A DNA stretch of 64,000 nt, from positions 1-64,000 of the IMG/VR virus record IMGVR_UViG_3300011113_000621; one strand, given 5' to 3'. Below are positions 19,435-28,526 of this stretch, piece after piece. Origin of the DNA: a virus. The notes beneath the pieces were generated by a model, which was not told the DNA's origin, searched no databases, and saw only the letters and a list, made by a program, of their open reading frames with translations. Each line of letters begins with the position of its first letter. The first letter of the stretch is position 1. The translations under genes were made by a program, and so were the position numbers.

Positions 19435-19924
19435 TTACGTCCTTTGTTATTGTTACTTCTATATTACACTGTAAAAAGTACTCTACGGTCTCATCAGGAA
19501 GGCGATGAGACGCACGAGTGCCAATTCTCATAACAACACGACGTATTCCAGCGTTTGATATTAACTTTGCGCATTGATAACATGCTGCATCAGTTATGTA
19601 TATGGTTCCACCTTCAACGCGCGAGCGATCTACATATAAAAGTGCATTTGCCTCCGCATGTATTGACGGGCAGGAATCATACGTATTTGTCAAAGGAACT
19701 ACTCCTTGAGCGCGTGGGCACCATTCAATACAGTCACCTTCAACCGCAAGTGTCGCAGCGGGTCCGTTGTATCCTGTAGATGAGATACGTTGACTCTTTG
19801 AGACAACAACTGCACCTATTTGCGCACGACTACAGCGTGAACGTTTGGCAATTGAGTCTGCCACCGACATCCACGTTTCATCCCAGGAGGGTCTAGTTAG
19901 ATGATTCAGGTGGTCCTCCAACAA
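19424..19924 (-). CDS. dCMP deaminase (ComEB-like)
   Basis: RPSWDE, RS.C.R.QIGAV, TGYNG, HAEANA, CYQC. Confidence 0.9.
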   Translation of the reverse strand: MLEDHLNHLTRPSWDETWMSVADSIAKRSRCSRAQIGAVVVSKSQRISSTGYNGPAATLAVEGDCIEWCPRAQGVVPLTNTYDSCPSIHAEANALLYVDRSRVEGGTIYITDAACYQCAKLISNAGIRRVVMRIGTRASHRLPDETVEYFLQCNIEVTITKDVNDR

Positions 19925-20093
19925 TCATGCTGTTAAAAAGCTTGCTAATTAAAAACATAGCTTCCCTACGAGTAAACCCAGCCGCCTGCAGTTCAGTGTA
20001 CATCTCATGAAGTTGAACCATGGCAGCCTTCATTGGGCTTTCATACATGTCTTCAATTTCACGTTTTAATTTTTTCATCTTCTCTTCATCCAT
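19893..20093 (-). CDS. Small hypothetical protein
   Basis: ATG at 20093 overlaps the end of the TS-like gene; LHEMY..L..AGFTRREA motif. Confidence 0.55.
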   Translation of the reverse strand: MDEEKMKKLKREIEDMYESPMKAAMVQLHEMYTELQAAGFTRREAMFLISKLFNSMIVGGPPESSN

Positions 20094-20952
20094 TTGATTT
20101 TTCCTTATTCTTCTCAATGGCGCGTATCATTGCACTAGCATACCATCCTTCAAAGGGGTGAAGTCTATACCGTAACATTGTCTCTTCTATATGCTGAGCG
20201 GCAGTTAACGCGCTTAAGGCATATGATGAAACTTGCTGCCAAGTTAATCCAGTGATGGCTGGAATATCCTCATACTTGTCTGTGTACTTTAACTTATCAG
20301 CCATATCATAGTGTTGCTCGTAGATATGAAGAGATCCAACGTGGTGTGTGTAGTTTCCAGGCTCAATACCTAACACAGACGCAATTGCAAGTTGAACACG
20401 CGTAAATTGAAAGAAGTCATACGCGGCTCCAAGCCACACATCGTTCGAGCGCATAAATACAGTCATGTTTAACTTATTGTCACGTATTCTAAATTGGTGA
20501 AGTATCGTGCAGGGGTAGTCACGTTTCTTTGGAAGTAGATCGAGTTCAGGATTCCATATCGTAACAACTGCCTGTCTTGTGTCTGGGTCCTGCCTTAGTC
20601 TTTCAATAACCTTTTCATATTGGCCATTAGTTCTTAGACCATATGCGCCATGAAACAGTCCGTTGTCCTCAGCGTAGTTCTTAAATTGCGGGCCAACTGC
20701 AATGACAAGTTTTGGCGTTGATACTCCAGCGAGAAGTTGACACGCCTCAACCGCACCAATACCTGGAACAGTTCCGCGTCCTACACCTAATGGTAAGGTG
20801 TTCTTTACGTCATCAATGCGAATTACCGCGTCCTCGATCTCACGGGTCTTCATTCCGCGCGGAGCGGTTTCTCGACCGTGCTCTAAGACGTGTTTAACAA
20901 GATCAACGTATCCGTTAACTCCGTCTGGTATATTTATTATCGCAGTATCCAC
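20086..20952 (-). CDS. Thymidylate-synthase homolog of dCMP-hydroxymethylase type
   Basis: AYG.R, DPDTRQA, catalytic PC, RSNDVWLGAAYD (Asp at the E. coli Asn177-equivalent position), GSLHIY. Confidence 0.85.
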   Translation of the reverse strand: MDTAIINIPDGVNGYVDLVKHVLEHGRETAPRGMKTREIEDAVIRIDDVKNTLPLGVGRGTVPGIGAVEACQLLAGVSTPKLVIAVGPQFKNYAEDNGLFHGAYGLRTNGQYEKVIERLRQDPDTRQAVVTIWNPELDLLPKKRDYPCTILHQFRIRDNKLNMTVFMRSNDVWLGAAYDFFQFTRVQLAIASVLGIEPGNYTHHVGSLHIYEQHYDMADKLKYTDKYEDIPAITGLTWQQVSSYALSALTAAQHIEETMLRYRLHPFEGWYASAMIRAIEKNKEKSNG

Positions 20953-21950
20953 TGGCTCTCCCTGTCATATCGTAGTGATTGCTTAAATATCTCGTGCCCG
21001 TAATCTAGCTTGCGTGCGTTAGAGAAACGCCTTACATATTGCGGATGAGGAAGAACAACGTATTGGTGTTCCTTAAATCCATGAGCCTTTAGTCCTTTTT
21101 CTGCTTGGCTCCCAAGTGCAATTATTCTTGGTCTTCTTAATACCTGCCACAACTCGTCAACCTGCGTAACGTGCTCATCATTTACATTTATAATTCCCAT
21201 GGTCTTCCAAGAGTTACCTGGAAGAGATGATAACAAGAAATCACCAGAGTTTCCATCAACAGGCATAAATGGTAGTATTGTCTCCTTACCGTAAGCTTCC
21301 TTTATATTTTGTCTATCTCCAACAAGTAGTACCTGCGCGTCATAACGTCCAATGTACCAAGGAAATTGCTTAAGACTAGCTGCCTTAGTTTCCGCGTAGT
21401 ATGAGTTACTTATTATTTTTTCTGCAAGCATGGGAATATCATGTAGAGATTCGCTTGACGGGTTTAACATCTCGAACTCAGTGGCAACCTCGTCTGCCGC
21501 AAGTCGATATTGACCAAGGATCTTGCCAAGCTCATCACTAGTTACGTAATCGTCACCGCGAGATGAAAGACGACGTTGAATCACGTCTAAAGGTTGATAG
21601 AGCCAAAATTGATGAACACCGCGAGAGGCAAGAAAGAGTTCAACCCAACGCCAGCCCGCGACACCAAGTAGACCGTATCCGTCTTTATTATACTCGGGGC
21701 GTTTTAATGGAGAATATGTTTTTTCACCCCAGTGCCAACGGTCCGCGATCACGTTAGTAGCAGTAAAGTTACAGTTTTCTACAGATGTAACATAGTCTTG
21801 TAAAACCCAGCGACGGGTCATTTCTTGCGGCTTACTTTTATGAAAAAATTCTAGTTTCTTGTTAGGCTGAATTAAAAGTAGACCTTCTTTTATAGCGTCT
21901 ACAAGAGTAGATTTGCCAGAAGCATCTGTGCCCTCTATTATTATAAACAT
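20937..21950 (-). CDS. dNMP (thymidylate-like) kinase fused to a uracil-DNA-glycosylase-fold domain
   Basis: IEGTDASGKST P-loop and IADRWH; C-terminal VLLVGD...PF..VDGNSG...IIALG..A...HPQY. Confidence 0.75.
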   Translation of the reverse strand: MFIIIEGTDASGKSTLVDAIKEGLLLIQPNKKLEFFHKSKPQEMTRRWVLQDYVTSVENCNFTATNVIADRWHWGEKTYSPLKRPEYNKDGYGLLGVAGWRWVELFLASRGVHQFWLYQPLDVIQRRLSSRGDDYVTSDELGKILGQYRLAADEVATEFEMLNPSSESLHDIPMLAEKIISNSYYAETKAASLKQFPWYIGRYDAQVLLVGDRQNIKEAYGKETILPFMPVDGNSGDFLLSSLPGNSWKTMGIINVNDEHVTQVDELWQVLRRPRIIALGSQAEKGLKAHGFKEHQYVVLPHPQYVRRFSNARKLDYGHEIFKQSLRYDRESQWILR

Positions 21951-21993
21951 TAGCCCTCTCGTCGTTCTGTCTTTTAACTATTATACAATAGTA

Positions 21994-22548
21994 TCATAAG
22001 TTTTCTTTTTTATGCCTATTTTTTTGATAAAAACTTCGCGGTTTGCCTTTCTGCCACTCTGACATTTTCTTACGTGTTTCTTCTGAAACTATTCTGCCTC
22101 TAGACTTGTCCCCTATCTTCCTTTTGTGCTCTTCAGATAATCGTTTTCCAGTATGAGCTGCGGCTATTTTACGTCTAGTCTCTGCAGAATGGACTCTTCC
22201 TCTTTGCCCTTCAGATACTGCGCGTCTGGCTTCTTCTGTGAATACGTACCCAGTTATTCCATCTCCGCCATCAGTTGCATTGAGAAGCTTATATCCTTCT
22301 TTCCTGTAGTTAGCAATATACTTTACTTCTAAGTCTAAAGCTTCTTCAAGTGTTAAATTGTCGTCTAAAATAGTAAAAGTTACATTGTCATAGTGCTTTG
22401 CTATCCACAAATGAATAGGGTATTTTTTATCGTATTTTGAAGATTTTTTGTGCCTATACAGTCTTTCTTCTGCCGAATGCGTAGTTACGCCAATGTACCT
22501 ATACTCTTTAGGCGCATCTTTTAGATGTAAAACGTATACACACGCCAT
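21994..22548 (-). mobile_element. Free-standing GIY-YIG homing endonuclease with NUMOD3 repeats
   Basis: VY...RYIG.T....R..H, E..YI, LN...GG; HSAETRRKI / LSEEHKRKI / SEETRKKMS repeats; locally AT-rich. Confidence 0.85.
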
Positions 22549-23018
22549 TATGGAATAAGCTCTACCCTATAAACAGACTCGATTCCTTTATCAATATCTG
22601 AGGCGTCCTCTAACAATCTTTGAGCCACGTTGGTTAAATATCGGGCTCCACCTTGGTCATATTTATATAAGGCATCTAAGACTGGAGTAGGTTCCTCAGA
22701 TACCTGTGCCCAGTAGCGATGCTTTTCAGGAAATATCATAGCTACATTGCGAGTTGGAAAACACTGCTCGCAAGGGACTGCGTCACTATCTAAGGTTAAG
22801 GAAGGCATCTCATTTAATCCATATCTTTTAACCAATGGACACGCTGCTCCGTGGAATATTAGTGAAACTCCAACACGAGAAAGAATGTAAGATCCATTGT
22901 CAGTTTTATACAGCTTAAACTCAATCCAGCGATATGAACCTTGTCTCCACGAAGAAGACTCCGCAAGAAGCTTACCGCTAAATTGAAGCGTGCGTGATCC
23001 GTCCTTGACCTCATGCAT
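22548..23018 (-). CDS. Hypothetical phage protein
   Basis: Operonic ORF; RWIEFKLYKT..GSYIL motif and a His/Cys cluster. Confidence 0.6.
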   Translation of the reverse strand: MHEVKDGSRTLQFSGKLLAESSSWRQGSYRWIEFKLYKTDNGSYILSRVGVSLIFHGAACPLVKRYGLNEMPSLTLDSDAVPCEQCFPTRNVAMIFPEKHRYWAQVSEEPTPVLDALYKYDQGGARYLTNVAQRLLEDASDIDKGIESVYRVELIP

Positions 23019-23191
23019 TATTTTTTATCCGCCAAGTCTACATTGCCATTTGCAATGTCATTTACACGAGATAAAAGTGTGACGTCAGCACGCAAAGACG
23101 CAATTTGAGCTTCGTACATCATGACAAGCTCGCCAATGCGTTGCTGCAACGCCACTGCTATTAGTTCGTACTTTTCCTTTGGCTGTTCCAT
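23018..23191 (-). CDS. 57-aa coiled-coil protein (absent from the ORF track)
   Basis: Translated by hand: MEQPKEKYELIAVALQQRIGELVMMYEAQIASLRADVTLLSRVNDIANGNVDLADKK; exactly fills the gap, with TAATG overlap. Confidence 0.65.
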   Translation of the reverse strand: MEQPKEKYELIAVALQQRIGELVMMYEAQIASLRADVTLLSRVNDIANGNVDLADKK

Positions 23192-23193
23192 AA

Positions 23194-23415
23194 CTACGCG
23201 CCTAAGGCATCAATCTCTGCCTGTAAGGCAGCAAGTTGCAAATCAGCCTTGGCAACTACCTCACTTGCAGATGCAACTTTATCAGCGTCTGGAGTCTCTA
23301 GCGCGTTTTCTGCAACTAAAGATATCTGGGCATTGTACTTTGAGTATTGCACATTTTTAATGTGCGAATTTATGACCGCGATCTTTTCCTCGGTTGTTAG
23401 CTCTACGGTTGACAC
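23194..23415 (-). CDS. Small coiled-coil protein
   Basis: AAAGGAG RBS; follows the tail-fibre genes. Confidence 0.6.
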   Translation of the reverse strand: MSTVELTTEEKIAVINSHIKNVQYSKYNAQISLVAENALETPDADKVASASEVVAKADLQLAALQAEIDALGA

Positions 23416-23480
23416 CGTTTGTCTCCTTTGTCAATTTAACGTCCCTGTGACGTTAAAATCCTATACTGTTTTTTGTCAAT

Positions 23481-23690
23481 TTATTGCTCTTGTTGCACAC
23501 TGTTTTTAAAGTTAATAAGAGCGTCTTTCTTTAGCTCTTCTTGACTAATAAGACTTTCATAGGAAGGTGCATAGTCCTTGTTTAGTTCACCTGAATCAAC
23601 CTTTGCCTGCATAAGGTCTATTCTTCTTTGGCTAAGTGATATTCTTTCGTCTATTAGCTGTAACTTTATCTGTTTATCTAGTTCTTCCAT
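23481..23690 (-). CDS. Small coiled-coil protein (possible fibre chaperone)
   Basis: AGGTGA RBS; directly after the FN3 fibre gene. Confidence 0.55.
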   Translation of the reverse strand: MEELDKQIKLQLIDERISLSQRRIDLMQAKVDSGELNKDYAPSYESLISQEELKKDALINFKNSVQQEQ

Positions 23691-23697
23691 ATATCAC

Positions 23698-25368
23698 CTA
23701 TGCCCAGTTCGAGTATGCAGAATAGCTTGACCATGTGCTTCCACCGTTGTTAGTAGCACGTGCTCTTACACGCCAGTAGGTATAAGTTCTTGAGAGTAGA
23801 ACATTTTGCATTTCTTGTAGACCGCCTACAATATTTGTAGCATAGAAACCAGAGCTTGGTCTTGTGGCGGTAGATAAAATTGTTGACTGGTTATTACTTG
23901 CTTGGCAGTCAAGTTGATACTGTATAGTTCCGCTTCCCGACGAAGGAGTAAACGTTACGTCATATGCCCAGTTAGTTGCTGTACTGTTCGCAGAGTCATA
24001 TACTAAAGTTGGAGTACCTGGAGTTGAAGGTGCAGCAAGGCTAGAAAGGACAACTCCTGACCCAACCTCAGAAGATGTTCCTGCAGAGTTTGTTGCAGTC
24101 GCAAACGCCTTAAAGTAATATGGAGGAGGGCTTGCATCAAACGTAGTCACTGTGTACGAGACAGAGGAAGACGATGAGCTTGCCTTAAGAGTGTCAGACG
24201 TAGTTGGAGGGTTAGATGTAGAGGCATATATTCTTACGCTATAACTTGTGGGAGAATTTGACCAGCCAGAGGTTGTTGCAGTTAAAGTCGTGCCTTCAAC
24301 TCCCGTACCTGAAAGAGAAACCGTTCCGCCGCTTGGTGGAGACAGAGGAGCTGCAACTGTGGCGGTGTTTGAGAAAGCCTGGTTTGATCCACCTGCGTTT
24401 GACGCGGTGACACGGCAACGGATAGGGCTAAAGTATCCTAAGCTAAAGAAGTTAGAAGGAGGAGAGTAAGTAGAACTTGTTGCTCCAGATATATTTAAGT
24501 ATAAAGAGCCGCTATCATTGTATTGCCACTGATATGCGTAGGACGTTGGCGAGTTAGTCCACGTTCCAGTGGTACAAGAATATGTAGTTGTTCCTGCAGT
24601 TCCTGAAGAAGGAGTAACAACGGGTGCAACTGTGTTTACTGGAGCAGACACGACGTTTGGTGTTACTGAGTTAGACGCAGCAGAGGTTCCTGATGTTCCA
24701 TTTGCGTTAGTCGCGGACATCGTAAATGTATACGCTTGATTTGCAGCATACGAGCCAGTTACTGTAATTGGACTTGATGTTCCAGTGTAGCTCAAAGATA
24801 TTGAAGGGCTAGAGGTAATAGTTAAAGAAGAAAGCGCCTTTCCACCAGTCGCACCAGAGAAACTTAGCGATACCTGAGTAGAGCTTACAACGCTAGCACT
24901 TACAGTTGGAGTCTGTGGCACAGTGGTAGCGGTTGCGCTAGCAGCGGAGGACGCTGTCCCAGTTCCTACTGCATTTATTGCAGATACACGATAATAATAA
25001 ATTTGAGCGCTTGTAAGACCTGTGTCAGTGTAAGTTGTAGATGTTGTAAAGGTATTTGCCACAAGTGTAGAGTACGTGACGCCATTTAACGAGCGCTCGA
25101 TGAAGTAGCCCGTGATTGCAGATCCACCGTCACTTGGCGCAGTCCATGAAAGATCTATGCGACCGCTGTTGTAAGAGCGAGACGTTCCAAAGTCTGTGGC
25201 GGTAAGACCAGTAACTTGACCTGGAGCAGTTACTCCTCCAAAGAATGTTCTCCAGGTTCCAGACACCTTTACGTAGCCGTCAGTTACATTTCTCCAGGTG
25301 CCAGAAACTTTTACATATAAATTTGTAAGAGTGTTCCATGATCCACTTGACTTAACGTGCGCAGTCAT
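23698..25368 (-). CDS. Tail fibre/receptor-binding protein with FN3 and Ig-like domains
   Basis: [10 protein letters not shown]-terminal repeats; [16 protein letters not shown]...[14 protein letters not shown]3; GTW...PTSYAYQW Ig-like; Ser/Thr-rich. Confidence 0.75.
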   Translation of the reverse strand: MTAHVKSSGSWNTLTNLYVKVSGTWRNVTDGYVKVSGTWRTFFGGVTAPGQVTGLTATDFGTSRSYNSGRIDLSWTAPSDGGSAITGYFIERSLNGVTYSTLVANTFTTSTTYTDTGLTSAQIYYYRVSAINAVGTGTASSAASATATTVPQTPTVSASVVSSTQVSLSFSGATGGKALSSLTITSSPSISLSYTGTSSPITVTGSYAANQAYTFTMSATNANGTSGTSAASNSVTPNVVSAPVNTVAPVVTPSSGTAGTTTYSCTTGTWTNSPTSYAYQWQYNDSGSLYLNISGATSSTYSPPSNFFSLGYFSPIRCRVTASNAGGSNQAFSNTATVAAPLSPPSGGTVSLSGTGVEGTTLTATTSGWSNSPTSYSVRIYASTSNPPTTSDTLKASSSSSSVSYTVTTFDASPPPYYFKAFATATNSAGTSSEVGSGVVLSSLAAPSTPGTPTLVYDSANSTATNWAYDVTFTPSSGSGTIQYQLDCQASNNQSTILSTATRPSSGFYATNIVGGLQEMQNVLLSRTYTYWRVRARATNNGGSTWSSYSAYSNWA

Positions 25369-25369
25369 C

Positions 25370-26524
25370 TTATGCCCACCTTAGCCAAACATCTCCGTTG
25401 ACTCCGTCACCAGACGTAGGTGCCGCAGATGATGCGAATGTGTTTCTTAGTGAGCCATACGCACCGGAAGTATTAGCTCCACTCGTATTTAAGAATGGGG
25501 CTGTTGCTAAAGTTATTGAGTTATTTAAGCTAGAAAGAATTACCGCTCCCGCTGCAGTCATAGTTAGTTGAGCAGAGCCTGAAGTGATAACAAGACCAGT
25601 AGATACTGTTGTTATGTCTGCAATTTGACTTCCACTTACATTGAAAAGGATAGAGTTTCCAGAGCCCGAAGGAGCTAATGCTAAGCCTGTTCCACTAGTG
25701 TAATTAGTAGAAGTAAATGTAGAACCGGTAATACCAGCACCAGTTATAGTACTTCCGCTTTGGATACTGCCCTTAAATATAGCAGCTCCCGTAGTTGCGC
25801 TAATTGAAAACGTTGAGCCATTGCCAGAGCCAGTACTTGTTGAGTCAAAACCAGCAAGACCTAATGAATTCATAACTATGCGTGCACCTGTAGTCGGTGA
25901 AGATCCAGAGTAAACTGTGATTCCATTAGTATTTACCGCAGTTATTTGATTGCTAGCATTAACAATAGTGCTTGCGCTTGGTTGAAGTGAGGCTAATGCT
26001 GCGTTATAAGCAGTCTGCGCGGCAGATGCAGCAGACGCGGAGTCCTGTGTTAAAGACCAAGCTGTTCCGTCCCAAGTGTAAAGCTTATCGTTATCATTGG
26101 TGTCAATCCACATATCACCAACTTGGTATGTACCCCCTGTCGGTGCGTTATCTTGATAGTAGGTAGCGTTCTTAGACTCTGCAGTGCTCTGCGCAACTGG
26201 GTCTGTAATATCTACGTAGTCTAAAAGATTACTGCTGTATACTTTTTGTGCCCCAGTATCTGGATCAACAACCGTTGTTCCTTCTTTTACAATGCTTGGA
26301 TCTGTGTCTGAAACTACAGTTACACCAAACTCGGCCTCGTTTGCAGTTACCGCGTCTGTAGCAATTTTCTTTGTGACAATAGCACGCGGAAGAATTTTTT
26401 CAGTTGTAACTACGTTTCTTTTTAGCCTCTTTGCACCAGGACGTTTTTCAATGCGACGAACCTTACGCTCAACGCTTGTAAGAACCTTTCCTATGCCTTT
26501 ACGACGTCTTCTTCTACTCGCCAA
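25370..26524 (-). CDS. Minor tail / fibre-anchoring protein
   Basis: YYQDNAPT...GDMWIDTND...YTWDGTAW; C-terminal [13 protein letters not shown]. Confidence 0.65.
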   Translation of the reverse strand: MASRRRRRKGIGKVLTSVERKVRRIEKRPGAKRLKRNVVTTEKILPRAIVTKKIATDAVTANEAEFGVTVVSDTDPSIVKEGTTVVDPDTGAQKVYSSNLLDYVDITDPVAQSTAESKNATYYQDNAPTGGTYQVGDMWIDTNDNDKLYTWDGTAWSLTQDSASAASAAQTAYNAALASLQPSASTIVNASNQITAVNTNGITVYSGSSPTTGARIVMNSLGLAGFDSTSTGSGNGSTFSISATTGAAIFKGSIQSGSTITGAGITGSTFTSTNYTSGTGLALAPSGSGNSILFNVSGSQIADITTVSTGLVITSGSAQLTMTAAGAVILSSLNNSITLATAPFLNTSGANTSGAYGSLRNTFASSAAPTSGDGVNGDVWLRWA

Positions 26525-28481
26525 TCTTGTCCACCTCCGGCTCTGTAACTAGGGTGAGCTCTACTTCCTCGCCAAAACTTGGAGAGTCAGGAACAGAAAC
26601 TTTATATCCATCTATCTTTCTTACAATTACGGTGTCGCGCGGCTCAAGGTCTGTCTCAAGGCGCATGCGAACAAACTCATCATTTACGATTATTGAGCAC
26701 CAGTCTCCAGGAAGGTACTCTCCTATTCTTGGACTAAGTGAGCCATTTACACGCACACGTATATCTGAAATCGGTGGACGAGACTCGGCTAAGTATCTTT
26801 CCGCGTGCGCGTATAAGGCGTCTTCCTCAGATACCTCGTTGCGTGTTTCCTCCGCGTCTAAAAGTGGCCAGCCATCTTGCAATAAATCAGTCGCAGTTGC
26901 AACTGCATAAGGCTGAGACGCCTCATCTCCAAGATCTGGTATGTTTCCAACAACAAAGAAGCGTGTTGCTGCGTCCTCTGCATTTTCTTCCATGGTTACA
27001 TCAATGATGTTTCCAGGATACTCAAAAACAATCTCGTCTGCACCATATCTGCTTGGAGGTGCTGCCTGTCCTGTAGCAGGAGGATCTGGATAGTCGATAG
27101 CTATAAGAACAAATGTGCGAGTAAACACAGGAATACCTGCCACATACTCAAGATCACAGTCTATGCGAAACTCAAAGCCGTCTACTGTGTCTGCGTACTC
27201 ATCGAGCTCTTCTCCAACTGAACGCAACTCGTATCCGCGATACGTAGTGTTAGGAACATTTTTTCCACTGTAATCTTCAGTTGAGTACTCTATGTCTAAG
27301 TCAGAGTTTCCAGGATACGGTCCGTATGTCCCAATGCTTACAGTAGGTTGAACTACGGCAGTTCCAGCGGGCACTGCGGTTTGTATCATGTCGCTGTCAG
27401 CTACTTCTATAGTAAAAGTTGTAGAAGTAGGTGTAGCAAGTATTTCGTATTGCCCATCAAATAATAGGTCTATTGCAGAGGTATCATCTACACCAGAAAG
27501 AGTTACAGTCTGCCCTGCGCTAAATCCGTGGGCCGCAGACGTTGTTATAGTCCCTATAAAGTCTTCTATTTTCTTAAAGGTTACAGTTCTTGTTATCGTA
27601 GATACGGATGTAGATGACGATGAATCAATTGTAAATGTAGTAGAACTAGGAGTGGCTACTACATCCCAAACGCCATTAAAGGTAGAGTTAACATTGTATA
27701 TTTCTACCGACTGAGTGGGAATTAACTCGTGAGCGGAAGCTGTAGTTATAGTTGTAACTCCACCTGGAGCAGTGATAGACGTAATTTGCAAATCGTTAGT
27801 CTGCGCAGGCTCAATATCTGTGTTAGGAAATGAGATACCACTAAAGTCAACAAGAATCTCGTCAAGAAGCTGACGCACGTAATCATATGTATCTACACGA
27901 ACGTTGACTGTTACACCCTCATAAGTTCCATTTGGTATCGACGTTCCAGTTATCGTAAACGAGTCAGCGGTAGGAGCGCTTGCCACAGTGTAGTATCCAG
28001 TGTATTGAAAATCTCCAACCTCTGGAAAGGATAGGCGAACACTTGATCCAACAGGAAATCCATACTCAAACGCGTCTAGCGTTGCAGTAACTGTTCCACT
28101 AGATACAACAAGAGTGGCTCCAAAATCATGCGTCCAGGTCTTCCATATATTTCTATGATACAGATAGCTGGTAAACTCAGATGCATTAACGCTTAATATT
28201 CTGTCTACAACGTTATATGAGCGACTCCATATGATTCCGCCCCAGATGCAAACTCCATCACGCACTACATATAGTCCTGTCTTACCAGGCATTGTGCTGT
28301 TATACAAGTCCATTCCAGTGTTACTTGGTAAAACTGGAATTGTGCCTGAAAAACTACCTGCTGAATTTAGCACTCGCTCAAATGATACACCTTTGAACGG
28401 AATTTCTGCGAGTATATCGTTAGATAGAAGATTGGTTGTAAAATAGCGATAGTCAGCCGAAATTGTGTCTGTAGCTACCAT
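26514..28481 (-). CDS. Tail hub / Tal-like minor tail protein with inserted beta-sandwich repeats
   Basis: LNSAGSFSGT...VVRDG..IWGGIIW N-terminus; FEYPGNI; follows Dit; TT.SAH repeats. Confidence 0.7.
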   Translation of the reverse strand: MVATDTISADYRYFTTNLLSNDILAEIPFKGVSFERVLNSAGSFSGTIPVLPSNTGMDLYNSTMPGKTGLYVVRDGVCIWGGIIWSRSYNVVDRILSVNASEFTSYLYHRNIWKTWTHDFGATLVVSSGTVTATLDAFEYGFPVGSSVRLSFPEVGDFQYTGYYTVASAPTADSFTITGTSIPNGTYEGVTVNVRVDTYDYVRQLLDEILVDFSGISFPNTDIEPAQTNDLQITSITAPGGVTTITTASAHELIPTQSVEIYNVNSTFNGVWDVVATPSSTTFTIDSSSSTSVSTITRTVTFKKIEDFIGTITTSAAHGFSAGQTVTLSGVDDTSAIDLLFDGQYEILATPTSTTFTIEVADSDMIQTAVPAGTAVVQPTVSIGTYGPYPGNSDLDIEYSTEDYSGKNVPNTTYRGYELRSVGEELDEYADTVDGFEFRIDCDLEYVAGIPVFTRTFVLIAIDYPDPPATGQAAPPSRYGADEIVFEYPGNIIDVTMEENAEDAATRFFVVGNIPDLGDEASQPYAVATATDLLQDGWPLLDAEETRNEVSEEDALYAHAERYLAESRPPISDIRVRVNGSLSPRIGEYLPGDWCSIIVNDEFVRMRLETDLEPRDTVIVRKIDGYKVSVPDSPSFGEEVELTLVTEPEVDKIGE

Positions 28482-28526
28482 GTTACACCTCGCTGAGTAA
28501 ATTCGTCATTACAAAACATTTAGTAT

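Noticed and set aside
7056-21950. TET/JBP dioxygenase, aGPT-Pplase or 7-deazaguanine modification routes
   Set aside because: No 2OG-Fe HxD...H dioxygenase, aGPT-Pplase, QueC/D/E or DpdA motifs recognised in the window.
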